Part shown: positions 23,801-36,187 of the stretch, one piece after another
How the letters are laid out: each line of letters starts with the position of its first letter
Position numbering within the stretch: the stretch's first letter is position 1
Assembly (NCBI GenBank): GCA_965644295.1
Contig: CBFFRP010000133.1
Span: 62,001-126,000, forward strand
Reading direction: 5' to 3'
Origin: Paraphysomonas bandaiensis
Taxonomy: Eukaryota > Protista > Chrysophyceae
DNA length: 64,000 nucleotides
Made by a program: the position numbers and the translations under genes
Notes under the pieces: model-generated
The model's database searches: none
Told to the model about the DNA's origin: nothing
The model's input: the letters and a program-made list of their open reading frames with translations, nothing else

Positions 23801-26427
23801 CTTTTATCTGCCTCATTGGGTTGATCTGATGGAGCCGACATGGTGCTCGTGAAGGAGAAGTCCTGTACGAAATGACGTTTAGAACTGAATCTCATCTTCT
23901 GCTGTTGGTGGCGAAGGTTCTATATAAAGTATATATCAGCCCTATATGCACAATAGTGATTCAATGTACCTCAGCACTGGAGCTTCCAGACGGAGGTGGG
24001 GATGTAGATATCAAGAGCTCCAATGGAGGCGAGGCCGGTGGGCGGGGGGGGATGTCAGGGCTATCTGGGAGTGACTGACGCGGCGTGTGTTCTAACGATG
24101 AGACACTATCCACGGCTAGTAAGCGTTCGGGAGTTGCACCAGAGGGTGCGCTGGAAGGAATGTGCAGATCTGTACTGAGAGACATGTCCACTTCTAAGAC
24201 GGGAGGCTTGTTTCCAGCATCACCAGTGATAGCACTGCTGGTTTCATAGCTGTCCTCATCACCAGCAATACTTCTTTCTGAGGAGGAATATGAAAATCCT
24301 TTAAGTGAGTTGGATTTACTGAGGCCGGAAGATGATGTTTTTCTGTCTGTGTCTTCAGAAGTGCTTATACTTGGCGATGAGACTTCCATGAGAAGCCTTT
24401 CAGCAGTATTCATTAACTCCCTGGCGTTTTCTTCAGAGTCTGTGGAGATCATAGATTCGTGTGGAACTGGCACCGGAGGGGTGGCTCGTGGTGGTGTCAA
24501 CGAAGGGACGTACTGAACATACCGACTCGGGTCCACCCTGTATCAACAAATAAATAAAATCGTTCATAATTCTATACTACTCCTATATATAAACTAGATA
24601 CACATATTAAATGCATGAGAAGATAATGCATGAGAAAGATGATGAGCGTTAAAGTAGAAAATATTGTATTAATACATGCTGCAATGAATCATACCGCAGT
24701 GAGTCATCTGACTGATCCATAACCTCAGCTGTGGCGACCTCTTTCTGACTGTCATCCGTTAGGTCTATACGACTGAACATACCTTCCACAGCTTCCGAGC
24801 TTCTCACAGAGGTACAAGAGCTTAGTAAGGAGGAGTCATTCTGCAAAGCATCCACATCATCGTCAATAGAATGAGAGATGTCACATTCTTCATCGCGGTG
24901 GAGATGTGAAAACCCTTCACTGGCATGGTGTGATGAACCATCTGTTCTCGGTTGGTCAAGGTGGGAGGAATCCCCATCGTTTACTTCGGTCTTTTCAATA
25001 GAACTCTCCTGTATATTTTGATGGTATGAGTGAAAGAGCTCGTCCAAACTATCTACGGTTGATATAGATGTGTCCACACCACTTGCTTCCGCTTCATGAA
25101 TCTCTTCAGTCGGCGAGCTGGGTAAAGTAGGAGACGGCTTCTCTCTGTGAGGGTAGTCAGTGTCAAAGGTAGAACGGTATAAGTCTTCTGCAGCCGCTAC
25201 AGCCGCTGTAGATTGTCTCAGATCCATCTGGCTGGATTCAAAATCTTCTTCATTACAGAATTCCTGGCCATACATGGTTTCTCCAGCTTCCCACATCAGT
25301 CCGGAGGGTACTTTGTTTGCGGTACCTTTAGTCGTCCGCGATTGCTGATCTCTGCGACTATTATCGTCATGCCACTCTAAACCTGGGGTAATGCCCCCTG
25401 CACTGCGGGGTCCAAATCGAACCTTTTTCCTTCCAAGAGCATCAGCGAATTCTTTCTCGAAGGCCACTTTAACCGCTTTATCAATTTGTTTCTCTCCAAG
25501 TTTAGTCCGTCCTTGGGATTGCAATCGCTCCAATGCTTGCTCTGCAGAACGCACACGTTCAGTGCGATCTCCAGATTTATCTACAGCTTCCAGGATATTG
25601 AAGGCATCTCCAATACCTGTGAGATCTTGCTTCTCTTTTTCTCTCTTACGGGCGACATTGTAGCGTTGCTTGGAACGCCATTTCTGTTTCAACTCAGCGA
25701 GCATACGAGCACGTATCGTGCGCGCTGTTCTAAAGTACTCTTCTTCCGAGGAATTGGTGACAACGCCAGGGTCGCGAGATGGGTCTGACCCATGACGAAC
25801 CACTCGTGCATGAACATATACTCCACCACGCTCTTGAACCGATACCGCGCTTTGCAAAACCGTGTTTTGTTGATGCTCTTTGGCTGCACCATGGAGGGCA
25901 CGGCGTTTCAAGCTGCGCGAAATTAGCGCCTGGCGAGCCTGTCTGCTCTCCAAATTTAATCGTGCAGTCTCTCTGTCCATAAGACCTTGCTCAGATCGTA
26001 CTTTGAAGTGGTGCTCGGCGTGGGTCTTGGCCCGAGAATTGAACGCAATTTGTTTCCGTCGAACCTCGAGGGCAACACGCTCTCGCTCAATTTGCCTGGA
26101 CAAATATACCTCCTGTTTGCGCTCTTTCTTCGCATCCATGTGTTTAATATCATGATCATGATCCACAGCCAACCTGTGGGCCTCACCAGTGGCGAGAAGG
26201 TTACTGCAAGTTGTCCCCTGTAGAGTATGTAATGCGCTGAGCTTCTTACGGGTCTTATTCTCCTGACAACTCTCAATTTTTCGTTGTTTTCTCATCTCTT
26301 TCAACTTATTATACGACTCACAGCGTGTCTGTGCAAGGAGCTTCTCTTGTTTCCTCACAGCTTTTAATCTTTCCATTTTTATTTGCTGTATAGCTGATTG
26401 TGTGGCATAATACTCTGTCTGAGGCAT
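20869..26427 (-). CDS. Large coiled-coil/Ser-rich protein with CEP295/Ana1-like N-terminal domain (about 4 exons)
   Basis: ORFs 24649-26502, 23961-24536, 23416-23895 and 20869-23397 linked by GT-AG introns; N-terminal motifs 'RLKAVRKQEK', 'GEAHRLA', 'RERVALE', 'AFEKEF' resemble recalled CEP295 motifs. Confidence 0.6.
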
Positions 26428-26955
26428 CACTGCACTTATGGACCTCTCCACACACTCAAGAATATACGAACTATACAGTTGGGATGTGTGGTAAACACCC
26501 AATGAATGTATGTGAGGTATGGAGGGCGATATGTGAATAATTGAGAGGAATCTTAACTCCAGTGTGTGTGTATGTGCTGTGTGTGTATATTCTCATACTT
26601 TTGAATTTAAATACGAGATGACGTAACCCGTGTGTTGTCTTGTGTAACCGGGTGAATACGTCAGTAACCCGTAAAAATCATGCTGTGCCCATTGTTACTT
26701 CTATAGATCGTTGCCTTCAACAGCCTTCCATTTGCCTTGTCGATTAGTAATAAAATCCATATTTTTTTACTCCAGCCGGTGCATAAAATCCCTTGTATAA
26801 TATCAAATCAGTAGTTTTTAGGCTTATCGAAGGGACCCTAAAAATTTCATCCTTCTGTATATATATCTGGATATATACTTCACTAATTATCATTGATATA
26901 TTCAATGAATTGACCCCTAGAGCAAGGGATCGGTGGTGAGGAAGGTACAGATATC

Positions 26956-29900
26956 ATGGCGTGGCAGACATCTTTTTCTGAGGGCGAATTGTATTATTTT
27001 AACACCACTACAGGAGAAGTAACGCACGAGTGTCCTGATGAGCTAATTGATGAAGATGGAGCATATCAATGGGCCAGTCACGAAGAAGATGTGTTTGTTC
27101 CTTGTAAAATTATTGAAATCGACGGTGATCGTGCCTATATTGAAATTCAGGGTGGAAAAACACTGCATGTGAACTCCTCCGCTCTGACTAATCAATCTAT
27201 ACCCAGCATGCAATCGCTATTAACTTTTCCGCACGATTTATTGGAGATGGACATAATCAATGAACCTTCTGTCTTGTATACTCTTAGGAATCGCTTCATG
27301 AAAGATGAAGTGTACACCTCTGTGGGAGATATTTTAGTTGTAGTAAATCCTTTCAAGACCCTCTCGACTCCTCCTTATGAAGAGTACTTGCAGACCAGTC
27401 GCTCTGAAATTCAGAAATTACGTCCTCATCCTTTCTTGACGGCTTCCAATGCGTATAATCTTATGAAGTCGACCAATGTAAACCAAACAATACTCATTGG
27501 AGGCGAATCCGGCTCCGGCAAGACGGAGACAACTAAAACGTGTCTGCGGTTCCTCTCATTGGCTGCAGGATCCTCGCAAAATGCCGATGTTGAAGGACGC
27601 ATTATGGCCGCTAATCCTATTCTAGAGGCGTTTGGAAATGCGAAGACTATTCGAAACGATAATTCAAGCAGGTTTGGAAAGTTTCTCGAACTATATTATT
27701 CCTCAGATGGAAGTATACATTCGTGCACTACCACGAACTACTTGCTGGAAAAATGTCGGGTCCACCGACAGAGTACAGGAGAAAGATCATTCCACATATT
27801 CTATCAGCTGTGTGAGGCTGCCCATTGGGCTGAAACCAGTATCGAAAGTGGACAATCTGTACTGGGTGATGATGAGTTCAGGAATTCTCTTCAGCTTCAA
27901 CCTATTGAATATTTTAGTTTTCTTTCTCAAAGTGGGTGCACTCATATCCCTGGCGTTATCGACCGCTTAGAATTTCTCTCCACTGAAAGTGCAGCTCGGA
28001 CACTGGGATTTCGTGAAAGTGATATATGTGAATTGTTCTCCCTTTGCGCAGCTGTTTTGCATTTAGGAAATTTGAGAGTCAGTGAAAGAGCATCTGATGA
28101 TGGCACCGATGGCTGTGTCATTGATGAACTAGATGAAACGTCGAAGTCTTCCCTATATGTAGCATCCTCAATACTAGGTGTATCAACAGAGCAGCTGTGT
28201 ACTGCTTTATGCAGTCGCTCGCTATTTATTCGAGGGGAGCGGACTGTGTCTGGCCTGTCCGCACAACAGGCCCTTGAATTCAGAGATGTGTTATGCAAAT
28301 ACCTGTATAGCGACGCGTTCGATTGGATAGTTCGAAGCGTAAATGTGACGTTTGAATCCGGTGGTTCTGTAGGGCAATCAGAGCAAAATTTATTTATAGG
28401 CATTCTGGACATATTTGGATTTGAAATATTTGACGTGAACTCTTTCGAACAGGTTAGAAAGCATTTGCTATTTCATTTATTTTTAAATTCTGGATACTAT
28501 TACCATTCTTTTACTTTGACTAACTATATATGAATATCCAGTTATGCATCAATTATGCCAACGAAAAGCTGCAACAGTTCTTCAACCGTCGTGTATTTAA
28601 AACTGAGGAGGCCCTGTATATTAACGAAGGCATTCCGCTTGATGGCTTCGAGTTTGTGGATAACCAGGTCGGTATTTTATCTGACATGAAGTGTATATGC
28701 TCTCAAAAAAGTGCCATGAGAGCGCATAGGAATACGAGTGCATGTGTGGTATTGACATCGTAGATCTTGTTTGGCATGCTCATGTGCGGTCAATAGGATG
28801 TGTTAGATTTGATAGAGTCAAAGCCAAGTGGAATTTTGTCTATTATCGACGATGAAGTTAGTATTCCTAGAGCAAATGACGTGACACTCCTTCGGAAACT
28901 TTATCAAGCCCATGGCGAATCCGGTGCTGAAAGGTCTACCGCTTCTGCGCGCTTCTTGAGCTCTGCATCGGCATCTGCCAATGACAGCTTTGTGATTTCG
29001 CACTATGCTGGCAGGTACAGTGCAGAAGATGATAGATATGTATAATACACATTTCCACTGCTGTGCTGCCGTTATTATAGAGTATTCTATATGATAGAAT
29101 AAAAAGGTGCTGCATTAGTTTCTGTGATTTGTGTTACAGTCGTGTACCGAATATTGCTATTATTTAATCATATCTTACTGAAAAATGTACAGCGTGGAGT
29201 ATCGGATTGACGGATTTCTGGATACCAGTAGGGACAAGCTAAATGATGACTTACGTGAATTTCTAGAGAAATGTACCTCAAAGCTGACACTGTTGAATGA
29301 CGCTTTTCTGAAGAACAGCTCCTCAAACATTACTCGTGCATCTTCTAAAGTGCAAACGCTGGGTAAGAAGTTTCGAATACAGTTAGAGCAGCTTCTTGGC
29401 ACCTTATCATCTACTACTACCCACTATATTAAGTGTATAAAACCCAATTGTCTGAAGGCCCCAAATTGTTTTCAGGGTACAACTTCGTTTAGCCAGTTAA
29501 AGGCATCGGGGGTATTTGAGGCTGTGGCGATTAGAAAACGGGGACTGACATTTCGTATGTCACATGAAATGTTCATCCGTGAGTACGGACCACTCCGTCG
29601 AGATTTCATCTGTGACAGTAGACGGAATAAGAAAGCTCGGTGTGAAGCGTTAGTTGGCTATTTGCAGTCACTCCCGAACGGCGAATTTGCGAAAGGATTT
29701 TTTATTGGGAAAACCCTTGTATTTTGGAGATATGATCAACAGAAACGTATATCAGACCTCATGTACCGGCTTAATCTTCTATGTTCTGTGCGCTTACAGA
29801 GTGTTATCAGGGGTTTTTGTTGCAGGCAAACGTATGCGCGAATGCTATCAGCTGTGTCCTGTGCGAGAAATGTTCTTGTGTTGCCAGACGTAGAATCCTC

Positions 29901-32181
29901 ACTCAATAGCATAGACCATGCTATCGATTTGTTAAGTAAATTTAAGTACAGACATTACCAATTGCTTCTGGTCAAGAAAGAAAGAATACTTGAGGTCAGG
30001 CGACTGACTGTTGCTCTTGAGGAAATGCAGCACATACCACTGCGTGATATTGATGAAAAGTGGATAGATAGTGCAAAAGCTGCAATGAAGATAGGCGTGA
30101 CAGGACCTGCAGCAGAGAAGGTTTTTGCGATGTATAAACTTGGTTCGGAAAAAGTAGAATGTATGCAGCGCCTGAAAAGTGTAATATCTTCCCCTACTTA
30201 TGATACCGAAGAAATTGAGAGTGTGCTGAGAGATTTGGGAAAGCTCAAACAATCTCTGGGATATGACTTTTGTGTGGAAGAGGAGGGCATCTGCAGAGAT
30301 ATTATGATATCTTTGCAAGGTACTAACGGCACCTATACTCCTGTCTATGATGGGGGTCGAATAGCTACTGCAGAAGTCGAAGGGAGGAATGTTTCCGTAC
30401 GTGACACACCAGCAGTTGCTTCATTACGCGACAGTTGTATTGTATGCAATGAAGTATTCGAGTACCCACCCCGCGCGCGCACGCCGAGAATGCTGTCTTG
30501 TCTACATTGTTGTTGTGCAAGGTGTCTTAATGACATACGGGATAGGTTGAAAGCGGGGATTACATGTCCTGTTCCCGGATGCCAAGCCTTTACAAAGTGT
30601 GCTTCCGTCACTGCTCTGAAAGTGAATACCCGCGTTCTGTCTCTACTTCCTCCACTGTGCGATAACTGTGAAGAGGAAGCCGCTACTCTGAAATGTCTCC
30701 ATTGTGCCACAGATTGTGCTAGACTCTGTCCGTCATGTTCGGATAAGCATCAGAAGATAAAAGCTTTTAGGAACCACCGAATGGTGAAGTTGCAGAACCT
30801 CAAACTCAGTTCGCTAGATACGGATGCGTCGAATTGCGTGAGACATCCTTCTAAGAAGTTAAATGCGTACTGCACGAACTGTGAAACTGTAGTTTGCTTA
30901 TCGTGTGCAGTTTTTGATCATCCCGATCACACCGTACTTCCCAGTTCAACGGCAGGGGGAAAAGAGCGAGATATAATTGCTTCCATGTGGACAGATTTAA
31001 AATCAGATATATCTGCTCTTAAAAATATTCACATGGAACTGAGCTCCACTCAACCGGCACTACAAGACCAACGCCGGATTATGCGTGAAATGACTTCAGT
31101 TGTTTTCAACTCAATCGAGTCACTGGTACGGAGTCGACATGCAGACCTTCTTTCTTCCCTGGAAGTGCTGTATTCGAAGAAACGCAGAGCATTAGTTGAC
31201 CAAATTGAAGCATTGACTTTCGAACTAGAATGTCATAACAGCGCGATATCGACTTGTAGTCAGATATGTGAAACTGGTAGTGCGACGGAGGTCTTGCAGA
31301 TGGTTCCCAATATGCGTAGTCATCTGACCGATTTGTTGGGCACGCCTCTCAGTACAAGTAATGTGGTCGATAGTGATCTTGCCTTTTCACCTGGACCTAA
31401 GGAGGAGGTACAAAATCTCATATCGTCTGTTGGTTTGTGCCGTGGCACACCCCAGTGTCCGGACCCAATGAAGTGCTCCCTAGAAGTTGTTCAATGCGGT
31501 CTGTTCTGTTCATCGTGGAGGTGTCTTCTGCTCTTGACTCTTCGGAATAACCAAGGCGAGAAATTAGGCAAAGGTGGGCAGCCAGTCGCATTTGAAGCCT
31601 ACTCCAACCTACCTCCATCTGTGCCTGTGGATGAAGTCCCTAATGTACCAAATGATAGTGACTCAAGCGTACGACCTACCACTGTACGAAAATACGTGTT
31701 GCCAAATTCTGATACAGGAGCTGCTTCTCAAACCAGTGAATCTACAACGGTTCCACTGGTCTCGCGGCGTACTACGACAAGAAGTAACGACCCTGTGTCT
31801 CATCGAAATAGCAAGAGTCCGTTCACCACAAGCGTAACGGACAACCATGATGGAACATACTTTTTGCTGCTGTCGTATTGCCCGTCTGAAGGCAGGGTCC
31901 CTGACATGTGTAGTCAGCCAGAACCAGAGGCTTATGTGACTGTGAAGCTCTTCGGACAGTCTGTGCGGGGTAGCCCATTGACACTCAACCCATATGCAAG
32001 CGGCGACATTGATGTGGCCACATTTGATGGTCATCTTCCGAGTAGTGTGGGGACGAATGACAACCGCGGGGTTAGTAGAAGCGTGTCTGATGACAATATC
32101 AGTCAAATGACCTTCGAAACTTCGAATTCTGGGAGAACTGTTGAGAGTTTCTTCAAGTACATCACGGGAGGTCTGATTTAG
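26956..32181 (+). CDS. Unconventional myosin: WW-like + SH3-like + motor + 1 IQ + RING/B-box/B-box/coiled coil/filamin tail (~1609 aa, 4 exons)
   Basis: Exons ~26956-28452, 28542-28667, 28797-29014, 29193-32181; P-loop GESGSGKTE, switch [10 protein letters not shown], switch [23 protein letters not shown] '[11 protein letters not shown]'; Cys/His patterns of RING and two B-boxes; filamin motifs 'DNHDGTY' and 'GSPL'. Confidence 0.92.
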
Positions 32182-32539
32182 ATGTTTTTGTATTGTAGTA
32201 TTACTCCCTGTTGTGTTAGTGTGTAATAGCGCTGTGTTGAGCGTATCAGCTCATATAGTTTAGGTTTTCGTTGTGGTCATTCTGATACTATTAATAGAAA
32301 ACTATGTTGGGCTTCATTTATAGGCTGCAGATAGGAAGCAGTAGTGTGGTGCAGGAATGATTCGTGGGAGTTGTATACAAATGTTTATGGTTTTAGATAA
32401 TATATAGTTTAGTGCAGTAGTATTACATGCAACATGGCGTGGTAAGCATTAACGGCCCATTCATGGTAGTCCAGTTCCCGGCAAGTATAATGGTCTCTTA
32501 AATACTAGTCCTAAATAACAATCCACGATTCGTAACGAC

Positions 32540-33020
32540 ACATCATCATTATTTTCGCTCTCCACTAACACATCAGGGTCTTCTTGCAGGGCTTCGTGGA
32601 GGGTGTTAGCAACAACCCATACCATTTAATTGGCTCGTAGGAATAGCAACGATTCTAGACGATATGGATTCATCTTTCTGCAGGTGTCATAATGTCATAT
32701 AATCAACTTTGCACGACTAAAGAGCCTCTAGGCATTGTATTTGTGCTTGAATAGAAAGCTAGCTGCGGTAGTTGAACTCGTAGGTACTAAGTCGAGCTCT
32801 CTTGGTGACCTCGGCACTGTCCAGAACACGCTGTGCGAAATCAGTTCCTTTACTTGTGTCGTTGATATTTTTGTTGCACCAACATGAATGGATGAATCCA
32901 GGTGCAGATGTCTAACTGCTCTTCCCTCATTGCCTGTCAACTCTCTTTCATATCGTTCCCTTGAATTTTAGCCTCTGCCTTCTCAAAATTTGCACTGGCA
33001 ACAATGGTTGTGTGTGAAGG
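32540..33020 (-). pseudogene. Decayed hAT-like transposase C-terminus, possibly interrupted by a copia RT fragment
   Basis: 'IVASANFEKAEAKIQG..LTGNEGRAVRHL' and 'RLFSRAKLII*..KMNPYRLESLLFLRAN'; intervening 'KELISHSVFWTV..FLFKHKYNA' resembles the start of copia RT. Confidence 0.55.
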
Positions 33021-33670
33021 TTATATTATTAGCAGTGTAGGCGTTAAAAATCTACACCAGAGAAGTAAGACTAGTCAAGCTGGATAGACTTCTAACTGTA
33101 ACTAACTAGTTCAAATTCTCATAACCTACTATTTAACGCTACAGAAGCTACTTGCGTCGCAGCAAGCACCAAGGTGCAACCACTTCCGTTCTTGTGTGTG
33201 AGGGAGAAGCTCTCTGTGGACATTAGTCCGTGATGTACAGAAGGATCAGTCAGGAGGACGCCCCTTAGGATAGGGCTCATCGGGACTTTGTGGAGGAAGA
33301 TTCTGTATCAGTGAGTCCAGTGTTCTTAACCTGCTGAGATACATGGATGAGGGGGTACGATGGGGCTCCTGCGTGATTTGAATGGCTTTTGCTGCGAGTT
33401 GGGCCTGGGGCAGAGGAGTAGCTGACGGAGTCGGCATCGTGACGTCTCTTGCTGAGGCGGGGGTGGTGGAAGAGGAAGGCGACCGGAGGGGCGCGTAGCA
33501 GTAAGCGTAGAACTTGTGGCTTTTGCTGGGAGTTGCTCGATTTAAATCGTGTATTGCTGCATTTTGAGCGCGAGGTGGGGGGAAAATGCCGACTCCGCCA
33601 TGCACTGCTTCGTATGTTGCTTCGGTCTAGTGAGGAGTCGCTGTGACCCCTTCTGGATGACAACATTGTA
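33020..33670 (-). mobile_element. 3' end of a non-LTR retrotransposon (ORF ending ...PYPKGRPPD*) plus shared 3' tail
   Basis: ORF 33246-33605 ends PKGRPPD; the repeat-family tail follows at ~33020-33190. Confidence 0.55.
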
Positions 33671-34121
33671 TAACGCCCACTACGACCTTGGTGAATTTGT
33701 TAAAGAAGTAATTGTTAATCTGTTAAAAGAAGTAATATCTTGTGAACTAGATCAGGGCCTGATAACTATTCATGATCCATTAAAGGGTGCCCAGTTCCCG
33801 GCAATTAAAATGCCATTAATATTTACAGCTTAGAGTCTTATGGATAAATAACAGCCGTCGATGGGTGTTTTCCTCCCGAGCTGTTAGGAAAATATTAACA
33901 ATCGATATCAATCACGCGATTCTTAAAGCAAAATACTTATTATATCGTTTCCAAAAGTGCAAATATAATAAGCTGGTTAATACATTTGAATTTATTAAAC
34001 AAACGCCAATAGACATACCAATTGTACTTGATTAGTATCACATGAAACAGACATAGATCGATTGCAGAATATAAATCCGCAAATGTAATGCAAACTTGAT
34101 AGCGGGTACCACGATTTCAAG

Positions 34122-35621
34122 TTAACAGAGCTGATCAGTCGCGCACATCCAGTCTATCGTGTGGTGGGTTGACAAAATTTTACCATTCTCAACAGTATGT
34201 ATGTCAATACTACTGATGGAGAATGACTTGTTCCCTGCCAAATCTGGTAAATGAAAGAAATCACCAACGGGTGATCCTGTAACAATGCATCTGACAACAA
34301 CCCTGTCGCCTTGGACAAGTACTTCCTCCACACTCCACCTGATATCCGGCACCATCCTCTGTAATCCTTGTACATACTCCTCAAATTCGCTCTTAGATAG
34401 AACAGTTTCACAAACACATATATAGTCCAAAGACAAAATGTCAACACGTTTACCCTCTAATTCGGCATTCGTGTTTAGAGGAGATGACACTGACAAATAC
34501 TCCAGGTATAACGGTCGTACTATGAACCTGAAGCTTTCCCTATTTAGGTCATACATAATTAGTAACGACACATTATTAAACAATCACACAATTAACTTTA
34601 TAGAAGCTGAACCCAAAGAATACAACAACACATTAGGTATTGACATCACCAGAGCTAGAGCATATAGAACATAAGGAACAGGCAATTCTTACTTCTGAGC
34701 ATCAGACAGTGCAATCTCCACACCAGATCCAATTAGTGGTGAAGTAGACAAAGGAGACGAACCTGTTAATTGCGCACAAGCACCAATCCAGTCTATCGTG
34801 TGGTGGGTTGACAAAATTTTACCATTCTCAACAGTATGTATGTCAATACTACTGATGGAGAATGACTTGTTCCCTGCCAAATCTGGTAAATGAAAGAAAT
34901 CACCAACGGGTGATCCTGTAACAATGCATCTGACAACAACCCTGTCGCCTTGAACAAGTACTTCCTCCACACTCCACCTGATATCCGGCACCATCCTCTG
35001 TAATCCTTGTACGTACTCCTCAAATTCGCGTTTCGATTTCACATTGTTGGTGATAAATCCATATGATTCTGACACCATATCGTTCAATAGATCGGTCACA
35101 CTTTCTGTACTCATATTAGACATATACTCCAAATATAGTGGTCGAATAGCATCTTCGGCACTTTCTTCATCGTTCTGCCCCTCCTCTTCCTCCTGTAGTC
35201 TCTGGATAATCCCTCGAATACCTTCCATCCACTTGGTTTTCTCCTCATTCGATGCAGCAGACATAAGCAAAAATTCTCTTTCATATCCCGGTGAAACCAA
35301 CGCAAATAAACACCCTTTATTACCACTAAATCCGTCTTCCAAACTCGTTACTTTAGAGGCGGGTAAGATCGGTATCTCCCCCTTAAGACGGCTTCTATTC
35401 TTATCAGTGTAATAACACAATGATGACGTAATAGCCGCGTTAGTGTTGTTGCTGCTGCTACTATGACTCTTTGATGTATTGTTAGATGTGTGTTTGTGTT
35501 TGTTTGGAGCATAGTCAGCTACAGATAGCACTATCCATCTGCGCTTCCATGTGCGTATGCTTCCCCCTTCTTTATATAGAAAACCTTCTAGGAGAATGTC
35601 TGGGGCAGAGGGGGTGGACAT
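34122..35621 (-). CDS. PH domain + two SnoaL-like (NTF2-fold ester cyclase) domains
   Basis: PH 'EGFLYKEGGSIRTWKRRW..EEKTKWMEGI'; SnoaL 'PDIRWSVEEVLVQGDRVVVR..TG..F..SIDIHTVENGKI..H..DW' twice; GTAAG donor at ~34692 and AG acceptor at ~34541 join ORFs 34689-35621 and 34122-34583. Confidence 0.85.
34147..35029. repeat. 244-bp near-identical direct repeat (34147-34390 and 34786-35029)
   Basis: Two substitutions seen between copies, both synonymous. Confidence 0.9.
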
Positions 35622-36187
35622 GAGTAAGGGATGGAAAGAGAGAGAGGTGGTGTATAATATATATTACTGTTGCTGGTTTATATGTGCGTGTACATCACAT
35701 CAGGCAGATATCTCATATGGATATTCTCCATATGCGTGTTCAGAGCAGCGTATCCATGCGGCATATCCGCCTACATGTATGTAGGATCCTGGTTTGTTGT
35801 GTGTAATACAGCAGTAGTATACCGGTATACCGCCTTATAAGGCACGTCAGACTGTATAGAATACAGCAGTATATCGCATGTGTATATCTGGATATGTCCT
35901 CTGGTCCTCTTGGTGCGTGTCAGTGTATGTAATACAGTCGTTACTCGAGCGAAGATACAGCCAGATATTTTGCAATTGCATTTCAAGAACGCGTACGTCA
36001 GGCAAGCATACATAGCAACGAGAATGCATTTTACGTAGTGGGATATATGGAGGTTGATATGTTTGCAAATGATAAGTATTGCATTATCGTGGACTATGCT
36101 CTGTAGCAATAGCTTGTCATTGCTACCTCTACTGTGAGATGCAGTACATTTTGTAAAACTAACACTCACCCTAATCCTTGTTGCAGC

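Noticed and set aside
26634-26648. RFX X-box-like GTTGTCTTGTGTAAC upstream of the CEP295-like gene
   Set aside because: Imperfect match, and RFX factors are not known from the lineage this sequence appears to belong to
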